Shown here piece by piece: positions 25,150 through 36,593 of a DNA stretch of 64,000 nt; the stretch's first letter is position 1; each line of letters opens with the position of its first letter. A model generated the notes under the pieces. That model saw only the letters and a list, made by a program, of their open reading frames with translations. It did no database searches and had not been told where the DNA came from. Both the position numbers and the translations under genes were made by a program. Origin of the DNA: Octopus sinensis (lineage: Eukaryota); the NCBI RefSeq assembly GCF_006345805.1, contig NC_043000.1:25854001-25918000 (forward strand), in the 5' to 3' direction.

Positions 25150-25545
25150 TTGGCAGGGGATGAGGTGGTGAAGCATGACCTTTGACCGTTGGGCCTCACA
25201 GAGGCAATGACGAAAGACCGAAACCTCTGGAGATATGCTGTGATTGAGATGATCCAGCAAGGAAAGTGAGATCACAACCGTAGCCTACACCAGTGTTGCA
25301 TAACCGGTCCATTTAAAAAGTACCTTTGAATCATTGGGCGACATTCCATGTTTGATGAGACCTATTGAGTCAAGTAAAATCAAAAATCAAATCAAATCAC
25401 AATCAAAAGGAAATTGTAGTTGTGGCTGTTACCAGTGCTGGTGGCACGCAATAAGTACCATTCATTCATGCGTGGGTCGCTGCCAGAGCTGTCTGACTGG
25501 CTCCCCATGCCGTTGGCATGTGAAAAGCACCATCCGATCGTGGTT
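25150..25545 (+). mobile_element. RTE LINE C-terminus and 3' UTR fragment
   Basis: DEVVKHDL*PLGLTEAMTKDRNLWRYAVIE followed by GTGGCAC-type UTR modules. Confidence 0.7.
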
Positions 25546-26299
25546 GAAACTTGTTTCATTCCGTTTGTATTAACATTTCAGGGTAAAGTTAATTCGTAGT
25601 ATTTTCCCATTACGCTCCAGTTTGGCTGGGTAACATTACAAGCAAGCAAGCAAAATTCAAACTGACTTTTAATGTATTATAGATGTGTTCCAGACTAAGG
25701 CTGAGGCCATGCTGGGGTACTGACGTTATTCCTTTTTTCTTATTAGGTTTAAATGCTTAGGTTTAAACGCTTACCAGTATTATGTAGAAAGGAAAGTAGA
25801 TATGATATTTAATTAAACAGACAGACAGAAAGAAAGACAAACGCGTGAGTCTATAGGTATAACAATTGATACGCAGGAAGATATATATATATATATATAT
25901 ATTAATAGATATACAAATAGAAAGGTAACTGAACTGAAATGAAATGAAAATAATCTCAATGGGTAAATAACTTGAACCATCTCTTGTCAAACCATCCAAC
26001 CCATACCAGCATGAAAAACTAGAAAACAGACGTTAAAGATGATGATGATGATGATGATGAATATCACCATCATCATTATCATTGGTGGTGATCAATGAGA
26101 GTAAAGTGATCAATGAGAGTAAAGGTGATCAATGTATTGAACACTTCTTGTTGAACTTCCACATAGTCCCATTTTGTAAACTAATCATTTATTGTAGTGA
26201 TTTCTACAGAATATCTTTTAGAGTTTGTCGCAATTGTTTTAATTATTGCAATTATTCTTGGTATTTTTGACGATGTTCACAGTTGTTCTTGCTCTTATT

Positions 26300-27455
26300 T
26301 TTTAGTGTTGTTGTTGTGGTTGATGATGTTGTTTTTACTGCTGTTGTCGATGTTGATCTTGTTCTTAGTCTTCTTGTTTTTGTTGGTGTTATTGCTGATC
26401 TCGTTTTTAGCATTGTTGTTGTTGTTGTTATTCTTGTTTGTGATGCAAAAAAATGTCTGTCTTTGATTTTCTCTGTCATGGTGGTGACTACAAGTACTCA
26501 TGTTTTTTCTTAATCGTTGCACTTGATGCTATTGCTGTTAATGTTGCTTTTGCTGCTGCTGTTGTTGTTGTTTTAGTGGCGGCGGCGGTGGTGGTGGTGG
26601 TGGTGGTAGTGGTGGTGGCGGCGGTGGTGGGTGTGGTGGTGGTAGTAGTGGTGGTGGTGATGTTAGTAGTGGTAGTGGTGGTGGTGGTGGTGGTGGCGGT
26701 GGCGGCCACAGTGGTAGTGGTGATTGGCAATGGCAGCAGCAGTAGTGGTGGTGGTGGTGCTGCTGTTGGCAGTGGTAGCGGTGGTGGTGGTAGTGGTGGT
26801 GATGGTGGTGGTAGTGGTGGTGGTGGTGGTGGTGGTGGTGGTGGTGGTGGTGGTAGTGGCGGTGGCGGTGGTGGTGGTGGTAGTAGTAGTGGTGGTGGTG
26901 GTGGTGATGGTGGTAGTGATGGTGGTGCTGTTGGCAGTGGTAGTGGTGGTGGTGATGGTGGTGGTGGTGGTAGTGATGGTGGTGCTGTTGGCAGTGGTAG
27001 TGGTGGTGGTAGTGGTGGTAGTGATGGTGGTGCTGCTGGCAGTGGTGGTGATGGTGGTAGTAGTGGTGGTGGTGGTAGTGAAGGTGGTACTGTTGGTAGT
27101 GGTGGTGGTGGTAGTAGTAGTGGTGGTGGTGGTGGTGGTAAAGGTAGTGGTGTGATTGCTATTATTTTTTTATATATATTTCTGTCATCCTCTTTATACC
27201 TCGTAGTTCTTATTTTGTCAAATCTGTTAATGTTGTTCTTGATGGTAGCATGTTTGTTTGTTTGTTTATAGTCTTTTATTGTTGTTTTTTTCCTCTGCTT
27301 TACCATTGTTAGCAACGTTCACAGCGCTCGCTCGTATGTCTTAGCGCGTGTCTACTTGACATTCTCCTAATCTTCAGAGCTAAAAGTTTAATCCAACAGC
27401 CATCTTATTCTAAAAAAGACAAAAAAAAAAAGAAAAACTACCATGACACCAATGG

Positions 27456-27489
<34 letters not shown>

Positions 27490-27541
27490 AATGGTGATGA
27501 TGATGATGGTGGTGGTGGTGGTGCTGGTGATGAAGAAGAAG

Positions 27542-27573
<32 letters not shown>

Positions 27574-27760
27574 GGTGGTGGTGGTGGTGGTGCTGGTGAT
27601 GAAGAAGAAGAAGATGATGATGATGATGATGAAGAAGAAGAAGAAGAAGAAGAAGAAGAAGAAGGTGGTGGTGGTGGTGTTAACAATGATAACGACAGAC
27701 GACGACGACGATGATGCTGATGAAGCTTATGATGACAACTGATGAGAATAATGATGGCAA
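26300..27760. repeat. (GTT)/(GGT)/(GAT)/(GAA) low-complexity block
   Basis: Trinucleotide runs; the Gly-rich and Pro-rich ORFs are read-throughs. Confidence 0.9.
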
Positions 27761-27909
27761 TGATGACGGAGGTCGGGAGGGGGGGAGGAGTAGGCAGAGT
27801 AGGTTAGGTGTAGGTGGGAAGAGAGAGACATGCAATGTGTTTATATTCACAGTTCAGTAAGTGAAGGTGAAATTATTATGAAATAAATAATAAATAAATA
27901 AATATCTCC

Positions 27910-27981
27910 TCTCTTTCTCGCTCTCTCTCTCTATCAATCTGTCTTAACCAGCTTCCTCTCTATCTCTCTCTTAAGAATCTC

Positions 27982-28024
<43 letters not shown>

Positions 28025-28247
28025 CCTATCTATCTACCGATCTATCTATCTGTCTGTCTGTCTGTCTATCTATTTCTCTATCTATCTTAACCAACATCTC
28101 TAATCTCTCTGTTAAGTATCTCCCCCCTCCCCCTCTCTCTATCTGTCTATCTATCTTCCTCTTTAGCTCTTCCTCTTTATCTCTTTCTTAAGTATCTCCT
28201 CTCTCTTTCTCTCTTACCCATTTCTTTCTTTGTTTTAACCATCTCTC

Positions 28248-28279
<32 letters not shown>

Positions 28280-28581
28280 ACTTAATCTCCTCCCTCCCTA
28301 TTGCTCTCTCTACATCTCTCTCTCCCTCTTTACATCTATCTGTCCCCCTCTACATCTCTCTCTCTGTCTGTCTCTCTCTATCTCACTTAATCTCCTCCCT
28401 CCCTATTGCTCTCTCTACATCTCTCTCTCTCCCTCTTTACATCTATCTATCTCCCTCTACATCTCCCTCTCTGTCTGTCTGTCTGTCTGTCTCTCTCTCA
28501 CTTAATCTCCTCCCTCCCTATTGCTCTCTCTACATCTCTCTCTCTCCCTCTTTACATCTAATCTATCTATCCCCCTCTACA

Positions 28582-28612
<31 letters not shown>
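27910..28612. repeat. Polypyrimidine (CT/CTAT/CTGT) tract with three ~110-bp higher-order repeats
   Basis: CACTTAATCTCCTCCCTCCCTATTGCTCTCTCTACATC at ~28280, ~28385 and ~28500. Confidence 0.85.
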
Positions 28613-28616
<4 letters not shown>

Positions 28617-28904
28617 TATTCTTTACTGTCACACTACATATACCAAGAGGAAAAAAACCTGTTCAGTGGAGCATCCTGTGTACTTAACTCTGTAGAATCT
28701 CAGGACCATCAGTAACACAGCGAGGCAGACGACTCAGATTAGCTGTGATTATCCATGCAATTAGCGGACAAAAACTCCCTCTTGGAATATAATCAATACA
28801 AACAATGCAAAATGAATACTGGAAGCAGGTTCCTTCATGCTGCATTTCCAGTTTTTTCCAGAATTGCATTTAATTCATCTTTTTGGAGATATTTTTCTTG
28901 CTTT

Positions 28905-29100
28905 GTTTTTCTCTCTTTCTCTCTTTTCTCTCTTTTACTTGTTTCAGTCATTTGACTGTGGTCATGCTGGAGCACTGCCTTTAGTTGAGCAAATAGTACT
29001 TATTCTATCAGTCTCTTTTGCCGAACCGCTAAGTTACGGGAACATAAACACACCAACATCGACTGTCAAGCGATGTTGGGGTGACAAACACAGGCACACA
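28905..29100 (-). mobile_element. SINE family A, 3' half
   Basis: TTACTTGTTTCAGTCATTTGACTGTGGTCATGCTGGAGCAC. Confidence 0.8.
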
Positions 29101-29104
29101 AACC

Positions 29105-29522
29105 TTAACCAGTTGAGCATGTCCCTTAGTGGCTGACGATATGTGCATCTCTGATCATGAGCAGAAGTAGTGGGGAAGCATCATAGCCGTGTGTTGAAAG
29201 GAATTCTTAGAGGTTTGGATAATTCACCTTTGGAAACATGGGTGGTTCGTTCAACACCCTTAAACAATCCTTATTCAGGGACCTTTTGAACGGGATGGGT
29301 TACTCGACCAGAAGAAAATTCTAACTGGGTCCCACTTGCAATGTCATGCGCTGTTTATCTTGATATGAGATCACCATGTCGTGCACATATGGTTGTGATG
29401 CATGTGCCTAGTGTACCCTTATCAGACAGGTAGTCATGATGGGTATACTGAGCTTCATATATTTTATCCCAGTGTCACTTTGATGGCATGCACTGCTCTC
29501 TCACTCAATAATAATAATAATA
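29105..29522 (+). mobile_element. Probable retroelement 3' portion with (ATA)n tail
   Basis: Non-coding, ends in CTCTCTCACTCAATAATAATAATAA; family not identifiable from this window alone. Confidence 0.4.
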
Positions 29523-29629
29523 AACTTTTCTACTCTAGGCACAAGGCTGGAAATTTTTGGGGAAGGAGCCAGTCGATTAGATCAACCCCAGTATACAACT
29601 GGTACTTAATTTATCTACCCCGAAAGGAT

Positions 29630-29658
29630 GAAAGGCAAAGTCGATCTTGGAGGAATTT

Positions 29659-29714
<56 letters not shown>

Positions 29715-30303
29715 TGATGATGATGATCTTCTTGTATATAGTACTCGGGTGCACTACAACTCACCAGAAAAGGTAACCAAAAGGGAATGAAGAGTAGACA
29801 GAAAAATGCACAGGAAGTGAACAGTGAATGAGTTGTTAAGAGAAAAAGGGACATGGAAGTTTTGAAGGATGTAGTGTCCCAACAGCTAACGACTGATGTG
29901 GATAGTTTATTCTAAGCTTCAGCAATTTTGAGCAATCTCTAGATAACTGATCAGGGACCACTGGCAAATGGTTTCCCTAGATTAATAAATACCAGATATA
30001 GGCATTTATGCTTGGTTAAGTACTTCTCTTGCAATTCTCTCACAAGGAAAATTGCATCAACAGCACTTCTTCCAGATACAAAACTGAATCATAATTAATC
30101 CTTTTACTAATTGATTTCCTTTTCATTATCTGGTTTAACACTAACTTCCTGTAATGATCTAAAATATATAGGTTTCAATTTTGGCACAAAGCCAGCAATT
30201 TTGTGAGAGGGTTAAATCAATTACATTGACCCCAGTGGCATAGCTGGTTATTATTTCATCGACCCTGAAAAGATGAAAGGCAAAGTCGATCTTGGAGGAA
30301 TTT

Positions 30304-30350
<47 letters not shown>

Positions 30351-30922
30351 TGATGATGATGATGATCTTCTTGTATATAGTACTCGGGTGCACTACAACT
30401 CACCAGAAAAGGTAACCAAAAGGGAATGAAGAGTAGACAGAAAAATGCACAGGAAGTGAACAGTGAATGAGTTGTTAAGAGAAAAAGGGACATGGAAGTT
30501 TTGAAGGATGTAGTGTCCCAACAGCTAACGACTGATGTGGATAGTTTATTCTAAGCTTCAGCAATTTTGAGCAATCTCTAGATAACTGATCAGGGACCAC
30601 TGGCAAATGGTTTCCCTAGATTAATAAATACCAGATATAGGCATTTATGCTTGGTTAAGTACTTCTCTTGCAATTCTCTCACAAGGAAAATTGCATCAAC
30701 AGCACTTCTTCCAGATACAAAACTGAATCATAAATAATCCTTTTACTAATTGATTTCCTTTTCATTATCTGGTTTAACACTAACTTCCTGTAATGATCTA
30801 AAATATATAGGTTTCAAATTTTGGCACAAAGCCAGCAATTTTGTGAGAGGGTTAAATCAATTACATTGACCCCAGTGGCATAGCTGGTTATTATTTCATC
30901 GACCCTGAAAGGATGAAAGGCA
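29630..30922. repeat. ~640-bp near-perfect tandem duplication with breakpoints in SINE B homology
   Basis: Period 639-640 (29728/30367, 29895/30534, 30261/30901). Each unit has a CR1 tail (minus) and an RTE RT fragment (minus; FVSGRSAVDAIFLVRELQEKYLTKHKCLYLVF). Confidence 0.9.
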
Positions 30923-31044
30923 ATGTCAACCTCAGAGGAATTTAAACTCACAGTGCAAAGATGGGTGAAATACCACTAAGCATTTTGCCTGATGTACTAA
31001 CAATCCTGCTACTTTGCTGGTCTGATATATACCTATTTCTTAAC

Positions 31045-31265
31045 TACCCACAAGGGGCTAAACACAGAAGGGACAAACAAGGACAGACAAACAAATTAAG
31101 TCGATTATATTGACCCCAGCGCATAACTGGTACTTATTTAATCAACCCCGAGAGGATGAAAGGCAAAGTCAACCTCGGCGGAATTTGGACTCAGAACGTA
31201 GCGGCAGATGAAATACTGCTAAGCATTTTGCCCAGTGTGCTAATGTTTCTGCCTGCTCGCTGCCT
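31045..31265 (-). mobile_element. SINE family B
   Basis: Collinear with 20691-20920. Confidence 0.85.
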
Positions 31266-31489
31266 TATATATACCAAAACCTTATTCTCCAAGTCTAGTG
31301 CTACAGCTTGCAGAGAAAACAAAGCTTAGACTGAGCCTTCCAATGGGCAGTTTGGTGTAGTTCTCACTGCTACAGACTCTGATACCACAACCAACTCCAT
31401 AACTGAGCCAGGTACTAATGCCAGTCGTCTCACCAGACCCTATCCAGGAACTGTAGAAAATGGACCTCCTATACTATTATCAACAACTC

Positions 31490-31990
31490 ATCCACCAGAA
31501 TATTGATGTAACTTCAAACTAGGGAAAAAGTGTCCCTTGAATGGAAGCTTTTGTATCCTTCTATATGTTGGATATACAGATTTCACGAAGCAAGGAAAGA
31601 CATAACTGTCTTCACACGACCTACTTCAATTTACTCCACTAACACAACACTCCAATAAATACAAACTCTCAACAACTTCCTACAACTTCCACGAACTCTC
31701 AACGATTTCCCATGACTTCCACGAACTCTCAAAAACTCCTACAACCTTCTCACGTTTCAACCAATACGCCACTTTTTGTAAGAGTTCAGCTAGTCCATTC
31801 TTCCACTCCCACAGGGCTGTCAATGACTCTCACCACTACAGAAACTGCATCCAAGTTAATGTTTTGCATGAATGTGTGACAGGAATATAACGAAAGACAT
31901 CCATATCTTTTCTGTTTGTAGTATTCCACTTTTCTAATGCCTGATGCTGAAGAGGAGATAACCACTCAGAAATGTGTGCATCCAGCACAT
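31490..31990 (+). mobile_element. Decayed Penelope-like relic (CNxxxxxxCPLNG and YVGYT motifs) with downstream degenerate hammerhead
   Basis: TGTAACTTCAAACTAGGGAAAAAGTGTCCCTTGAATGGA = CNFKLGKKCPLNG; at ~31944-31985 GATG-CTGAAGA-GGAG(ATAACCA)CTCA-GAAA-TGTGTG-CATC. Confidence 0.5.
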
Positions 31991-31994
31991 GTCT

Positions 31995-32170
31995 GGTAAG
32001 TTCACTGTCATTAATTCACCACAGGGAAAGTTTACCATTATCAAGTCACTGTTTTTTTACAGTAAAATATTTTTCAACTATTAATGGTGAGATATTATGG
32101 ATATATTTTCTTGGTAAACTTTCCTTGCAGTGAATTTTCTTCACAGTGAATTGATGGCAGTGAACTTACC
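31995..32170. mobile_element. Short TIR element (MITE)
   Basis: GGTAAGTTCACTGTCATTAATTCAC / GTGAATTGATGGCAGTGAACTTACC; no clear TSD. Confidence 0.55.
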
Positions 32171-32393
32171 TGTAATCCATCCATCAATCTGGTTAGAGGG
32201 TACTTTGGACTGACTTGGTGTATTTACACCTATTTGTCTACAGTGAGAAATGTCCTCCATGACAAACTACAGTGAATGGTTTTCTTACAGGTTTGAACAT
32301 GCCTCAAGCATATTTGAACTGGTAACAAGTTTGTACGTATGTATGTATGTATGTATGTATGTATGTATGTATGTATGTATGTATGTATGTATG

Positions 32394-32463
<70 letters not shown>

Positions 32464-32729
32464 CATATATATATATATATACATATGTCCGAAATGGTCA
32501 TGACTTCTTGTACTTGACTGATGAAAGAAAGCCAAGAATGACCTGTCTCTTTTCTGCCTGTCCTTCTAATTGTTGTTTCTCTTGTCCACCTTTGTGTTGT
32601 CTATCTGTCTGAAAGTTTTAACGCACTCTATGACGTTTTTGTTCCATTTTGTTCAATTAGCACATAAATGTGAAACAAGGTGGGAAAAAAATAGTACTGG
32701 AATACCAGAGGTTGAGTAATATCCTAATT

Positions 32730-32761
<32 letters not shown>

Positions 32762-32869
32762 TATATAATTAGAGACAAAACCACTATTATGCAAATCAAA
32801 CAAAGAAAGACTTAAGCCAATACATAAAATAATTTATATAAATTAAATTTAATTAAAATTAATTAAAAT

Positions 32870-32923
32870 AACCACTACGATCGTTTCGTGTCAGCACTTC
32901 TATGAGACATTCTTCAGGTTGTT
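32870..32923 (-). ncRNA. Mirror-image type I hammerhead in the left palindrome arm
   Basis: Same core on minus strand; one mismatch in stem I (AACAAC/GUGGUU). Confidence 0.6.
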
Positions 32924-32974
32924 TCAAAACCTTCTTTGCAAGTTCATAGTTTAAAACTTGCAAGAAGGTTTTGA

Positions 32975-33028
32975 AACCACCTGAAGAATGTCTCATAGAA
33001 GTGCTGACACGAAACGATCGTAGTGGTT
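32975..33028 (+). ncRNA. Type I hammerhead ribozyme (minimal stem III)
   Basis: AACCAC-CUGAAGA-A-UGUC(13 nt)GACA-C-GAAAC-GAUC-GUA-GUGGUU. Stem I 6 bp; palindromic loop III; A.C mismatch at the stem II closing pair. Confidence 0.7.
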
Positions 33029-33258
33029 ATTTTAATTAATTTTAATTAAATTTAATTTATATAAATTACTTTATGTATTGGCTTAAGTCTTTCTTTGTTT
33101 GATTTGCATAATAGTGGTTTTGTCTCTAATTTAATGTAATATAATATTTTACTATAAAATTGGATCAATCCTAAATCTGATTTTTCCCTGTAAATTTGGA
33201 TTTATTCCCTAATATTTATTATTATATATATATATATATATTATATATATATATATAT

Positions 33259-33723
33259 TGTTATGGGGTCAATTCAGGGACAGTGCTTGCAACCGACTTT
33301 TGTGAATAAATCCTTTGTCCTGTCAGATTCAGGTGGATTGATGAGCTCTTGGGAGACCTTCAACCCTTTTCAGGTGAAAGAAAATTCGAGGAAATACCCC
33401 TTAAAAAGCAGGAACTGTGAGCCTGTAAAAACAGTCGGCCGGCAGCTCTAGCAGAGACGGGACAGTTGAGGACAGAGCGAGTTAGTAGCAGGCTGTTTCT
33501 GCTGTGACAGTGAACTGAAAGAGGAGGACAGGCAGAGAAGATTAAGGAACTGAGAGAGATTGCGGCGAGAAGGTTTGCTGCCGCCTTCCCCACGCCGAAT
33601 TCTCTCTCTCCCTGAATCCATGGCGAGTTCGCCAATCAATCGGGCCGGTAAATCGTCGTCACTCGACTTGGTAGGGTCCCGGGTTTCCCGAAGAGTTTGA
33701 GCGACGGCAGGTGGTCCGTAACA
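33259..33723. mobile_element. Solo LTR (Ty3/Gypsy-like), 465 bp, inserted in (TA)n
   Basis: TGTTATG...CGTAACA termini, 4-bp ATAT on both sides, higher GC than flanks, no internal domain. Confidence 0.7.
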
Positions 33724-33920
33724 ATATTTATATATATATATATATATTTCCTGATGATTTCTTTTGAATGAAACAGTTCTAGTCCTGTAGAAGCTCCTTC
33801 TATAAAATAAATTAATTTACTCTGCTATGTATTGAGTACCTTATTTACTGTGGTTAACCCCGACTCAACCCGGGACCTACATATATATATATATATATAT
33901 GCATGTATATATGTATATAT

Positions 33921-34355
33921 GGGCAAGTGTCTCCCACTTTTAGTACTTTAGTCCTGGGCAGACGAAAGCTTTATGAGAGATTTTCGTAGATGGAAACTAA
34001 AAGAATCCCAACGAGTGTGTGTGTGTGCGCGTGCATATATATAGTATGTACATACACACACACACAAATATACATACATACATATATATGTGTGTGTGTG
34101 TGCTTGTGTGCTTGTGTGCATGTGTGTATGCGTGTATATGTTTGTGTGTCTGTGTTTGTCCCCCTCCCCCAACATCGCTTGACAACCGATGCTGGTGTGT
34201 TACATCCCCGTAACTTAGCGTTTCGGCAAAATAGACCGATAAAATAAGTAGTAGGTTTACAAAGAATAAGTTCTGGGGTCGATTTGTTCGACTAAAGGTG
34301 GTGCCCCACCATAGCTACAGTCAAATGACTGAAACACGTAAAAGAGTAAAAGAGT
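33921..34355 (+). mobile_element. SINE family A, 5'-truncated
   Basis: Core, internal microsatellite and AAAGAGT tail. Confidence 0.85.
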
Positions 34356-34374
34356 ATATGTATATATATATTTT

Positions 34375-34770
34375 TGTTTACTTGTTTCAGTCATTTGACT
34401 GCGGCCATGCTGGAGCACCGCCTTTAGTCGAGCAAAACAACCCCGGGACTTATTCTTTGTAAGACCAGTACTTATTCTATCGGTCTCTTTTGCCGAACCG
34501 CTAAGTGACGGGGACGTAAACACACCAGCATCGGTTGTCAAGCAATGCTAGGGGGACAAACACAGACAGACAAACACATACACACACATATATATATACA
34601 GATATACGACGGGCTTCTTTCAGTTTCCGTCTACCAAATCCACTCACAAGGCTTTGGTCGGCCCGAGGCTATAATAGAAGACACTTGCCCAAGGTGCCAC
34701 GCAGTGGGACTGAACCCGGAACCATGTGGTTGGTAAACAAGCTACTTACCACACAGCCATTCCTGCGCCT
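34375..34770 (-). mobile_element. SINE family A, full length
   Basis: Reverse complement of the family A copies. Confidence 0.9.
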
Positions 34771-34774
34771 ATAT

Positions 34775-34841
<67 letters not shown>

Positions 34842-34970
34842 AATGTACATGTATGTATATATATATATATAGAGAGAGAGAGAGACGATAGATGTTCGTA
34901 TGCGTGCGCATGTGTATGTGTGTGTGTGTGTGTGCGAGCGTGCGTGCGTGTGTGTGCATGCGTACGTGCA

Positions 34971-35030
<60 letters not shown>

Positions 35031-35294
35031 TGACATATAGATCAAAGCAAAGAGAGTGCTACGACAATCGCACAGACATATTTACTCTCTCTCCGAACAC
35101 CCACCAGTAGACAAACAATAAAATACACACACACACACACACGCATACGATTCTTCTTCCTCTTCTTCAGAAGAACAGATATCGTGTTATCAGAAAAAAT
35201 CGAATTCATATCAATGGACGATTAATGGAAAGATAACATGGTCGTTTCGGCAGGCCAGCGGGTTGTGCAGATGCTGGCTACATGTGAGTTGTGT

Positions 35295-35308
35295 GTTACC
35301 ATGGCAAC
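35295..35308. promoter_or_regulatory. Perfect palindromic RFX X-box motif
   Basis: GTTACCATGGCAAC fits GTTRCCATGGYAAC; lies in a non-repetitive island. Function not shown. Confidence 0.4.
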
Positions 35309-35443
35309 GTAAATGAAAATCCACTAGCATATTAGCACGGTTCTCGTTTCCCAGGGGAAATGTTTGTCACATGCTGATCCAGATTAACAACGAACTAGGA
35401 AGTGTATCTGTGTATATCTGTGTTTGTATGTTTATATTGACAT

Positions 35444-35482
<39 letters not shown>

Positions 35483-35493
35483 TATATATATGT

Positions 35494-35600
35494 ATTTCGT
35501 TTTTGATTTGGTTTACAAGATTCTTTATGTGAGTTCGTGTGTTGAAGCTTATTCTGTTGCGTCTAAAAGAGAATGACTCTCCCCAGATACAACAGAATAT
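35494..35600. mobile_element. (TA)n-embedded short hairpin fragment related to 23215-23300
   Basis: GATTTGGTTTACAAGATTCTTTATGTGAGTTCGTGTGTTGAAGC plus GAATGACTCTCCCCAGATACAACAGAATA. Confidence 0.65.
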
Positions 35601-35606
35601 GTGTGC

Positions 35607-35658
<52 letters not shown>

Positions 35659-35666
35659 TATATATC

Positions 35667-35700
<34 letters not shown>

Positions 35701-35978
35701 ATTAATTAATAAGGGTGAGAGAATTAGATACTAATTAATAGTATATCTATTCAACACCAAGTGGCCTAGTGCTCCGAGAAACCTGGATTATTATAATATT
35801 TTATAATATATTATAATATTTTTACAAAATAAATATAAGAGAGTGGTCACTATATGGCTCACTCTAGCACCAGTTAATCCAAAAGGTTCAACCACAAAAT
35901 ACATGTTTCCCATGAAAGTCAGTACGATTGTTAGCTCACACGGACAGGGCAAATAAAAAATAACAAAAATACAGATTA

Positions 35979-36060
35979 TTTTGGGACAATTGTTTCGCTA
36001 TTAATGAATTAAATGTAATTTTACTTACAAAAAAATCCACTTGTAGCTCGTCAGCCAAAA
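35979..36060 (-). ncRNA. Type I hammerhead ribozyme, unit 1
   Basis: UUUUGG-CUGACGA-GCUA(43 nt)UAGC-GAAAC-AAUU-GUC-CCAAAA; predicted cleavage after the C at 35985. Confidence 0.88.
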
Positions 36061-36511
36061 CTATCTGGATGAAATCCACTCAATCACACGCCAGATTTTA
36101 CCATAACGATAAATACGCGTGTGGTTCAATTGATTACATCCGACGTTATAATTCAAATGCCCCAACTAACAGCGCGCCAAACTTTCACGAAAACAAATAC
36201 TGCATTTAGAAATAAATGCAGCATAATTATAATTAATTAATAAGGGTGAGAGAATTAGATACTAATTTAATAGTATATCTATTCAACACCAAGTGGCCTA
36301 GTGCTCCGAGAAACCTGGATTATTATAATATTTTATAATATATTATAATATTTTTACAAAATAAATATAAGAGAGTGGTCACTATATGGCTCACTCTAGC
36401 ACCAGTTAATCCAAAAGGTTTCAACCACAAAATACATGTTTCCCATGAAAGTCAGTACGATTGTTAGCTCACACGGACAGGGCAAATAAAAAATAACAAA
36501 AATACAGATTA

Positions 36512-36593
36512 TTTTGGGACAATTGTTTCGCTATTAATGAATTAAATGTAATTTTACTTACAAAAAAATCCACTTGTAGCTCGTCAGCCAAAA
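36512..36593 (-). ncRNA. Type I hammerhead ribozyme, unit 2
   Basis: Intact core and stems. Confidence 0.88.

Larger units (their letters stand above)
32767..33131. mobile_element. ~365-bp palindromic PLE-type terminal repeat in (TA)n
   Basis: Arms 32767-32944 and 32955-33131 are near-perfect reverse complements with a 10-nt loop. Confidence 0.9.

Noticed and set aside
26453-27315. 272-aa Val/Gly-rich and 275-aa Pro/Thr-rich ORFs
   Set aside because: Translations of GGT/AGT/ACC trinucleotide repeats that are open in several frames; no splice or start context.
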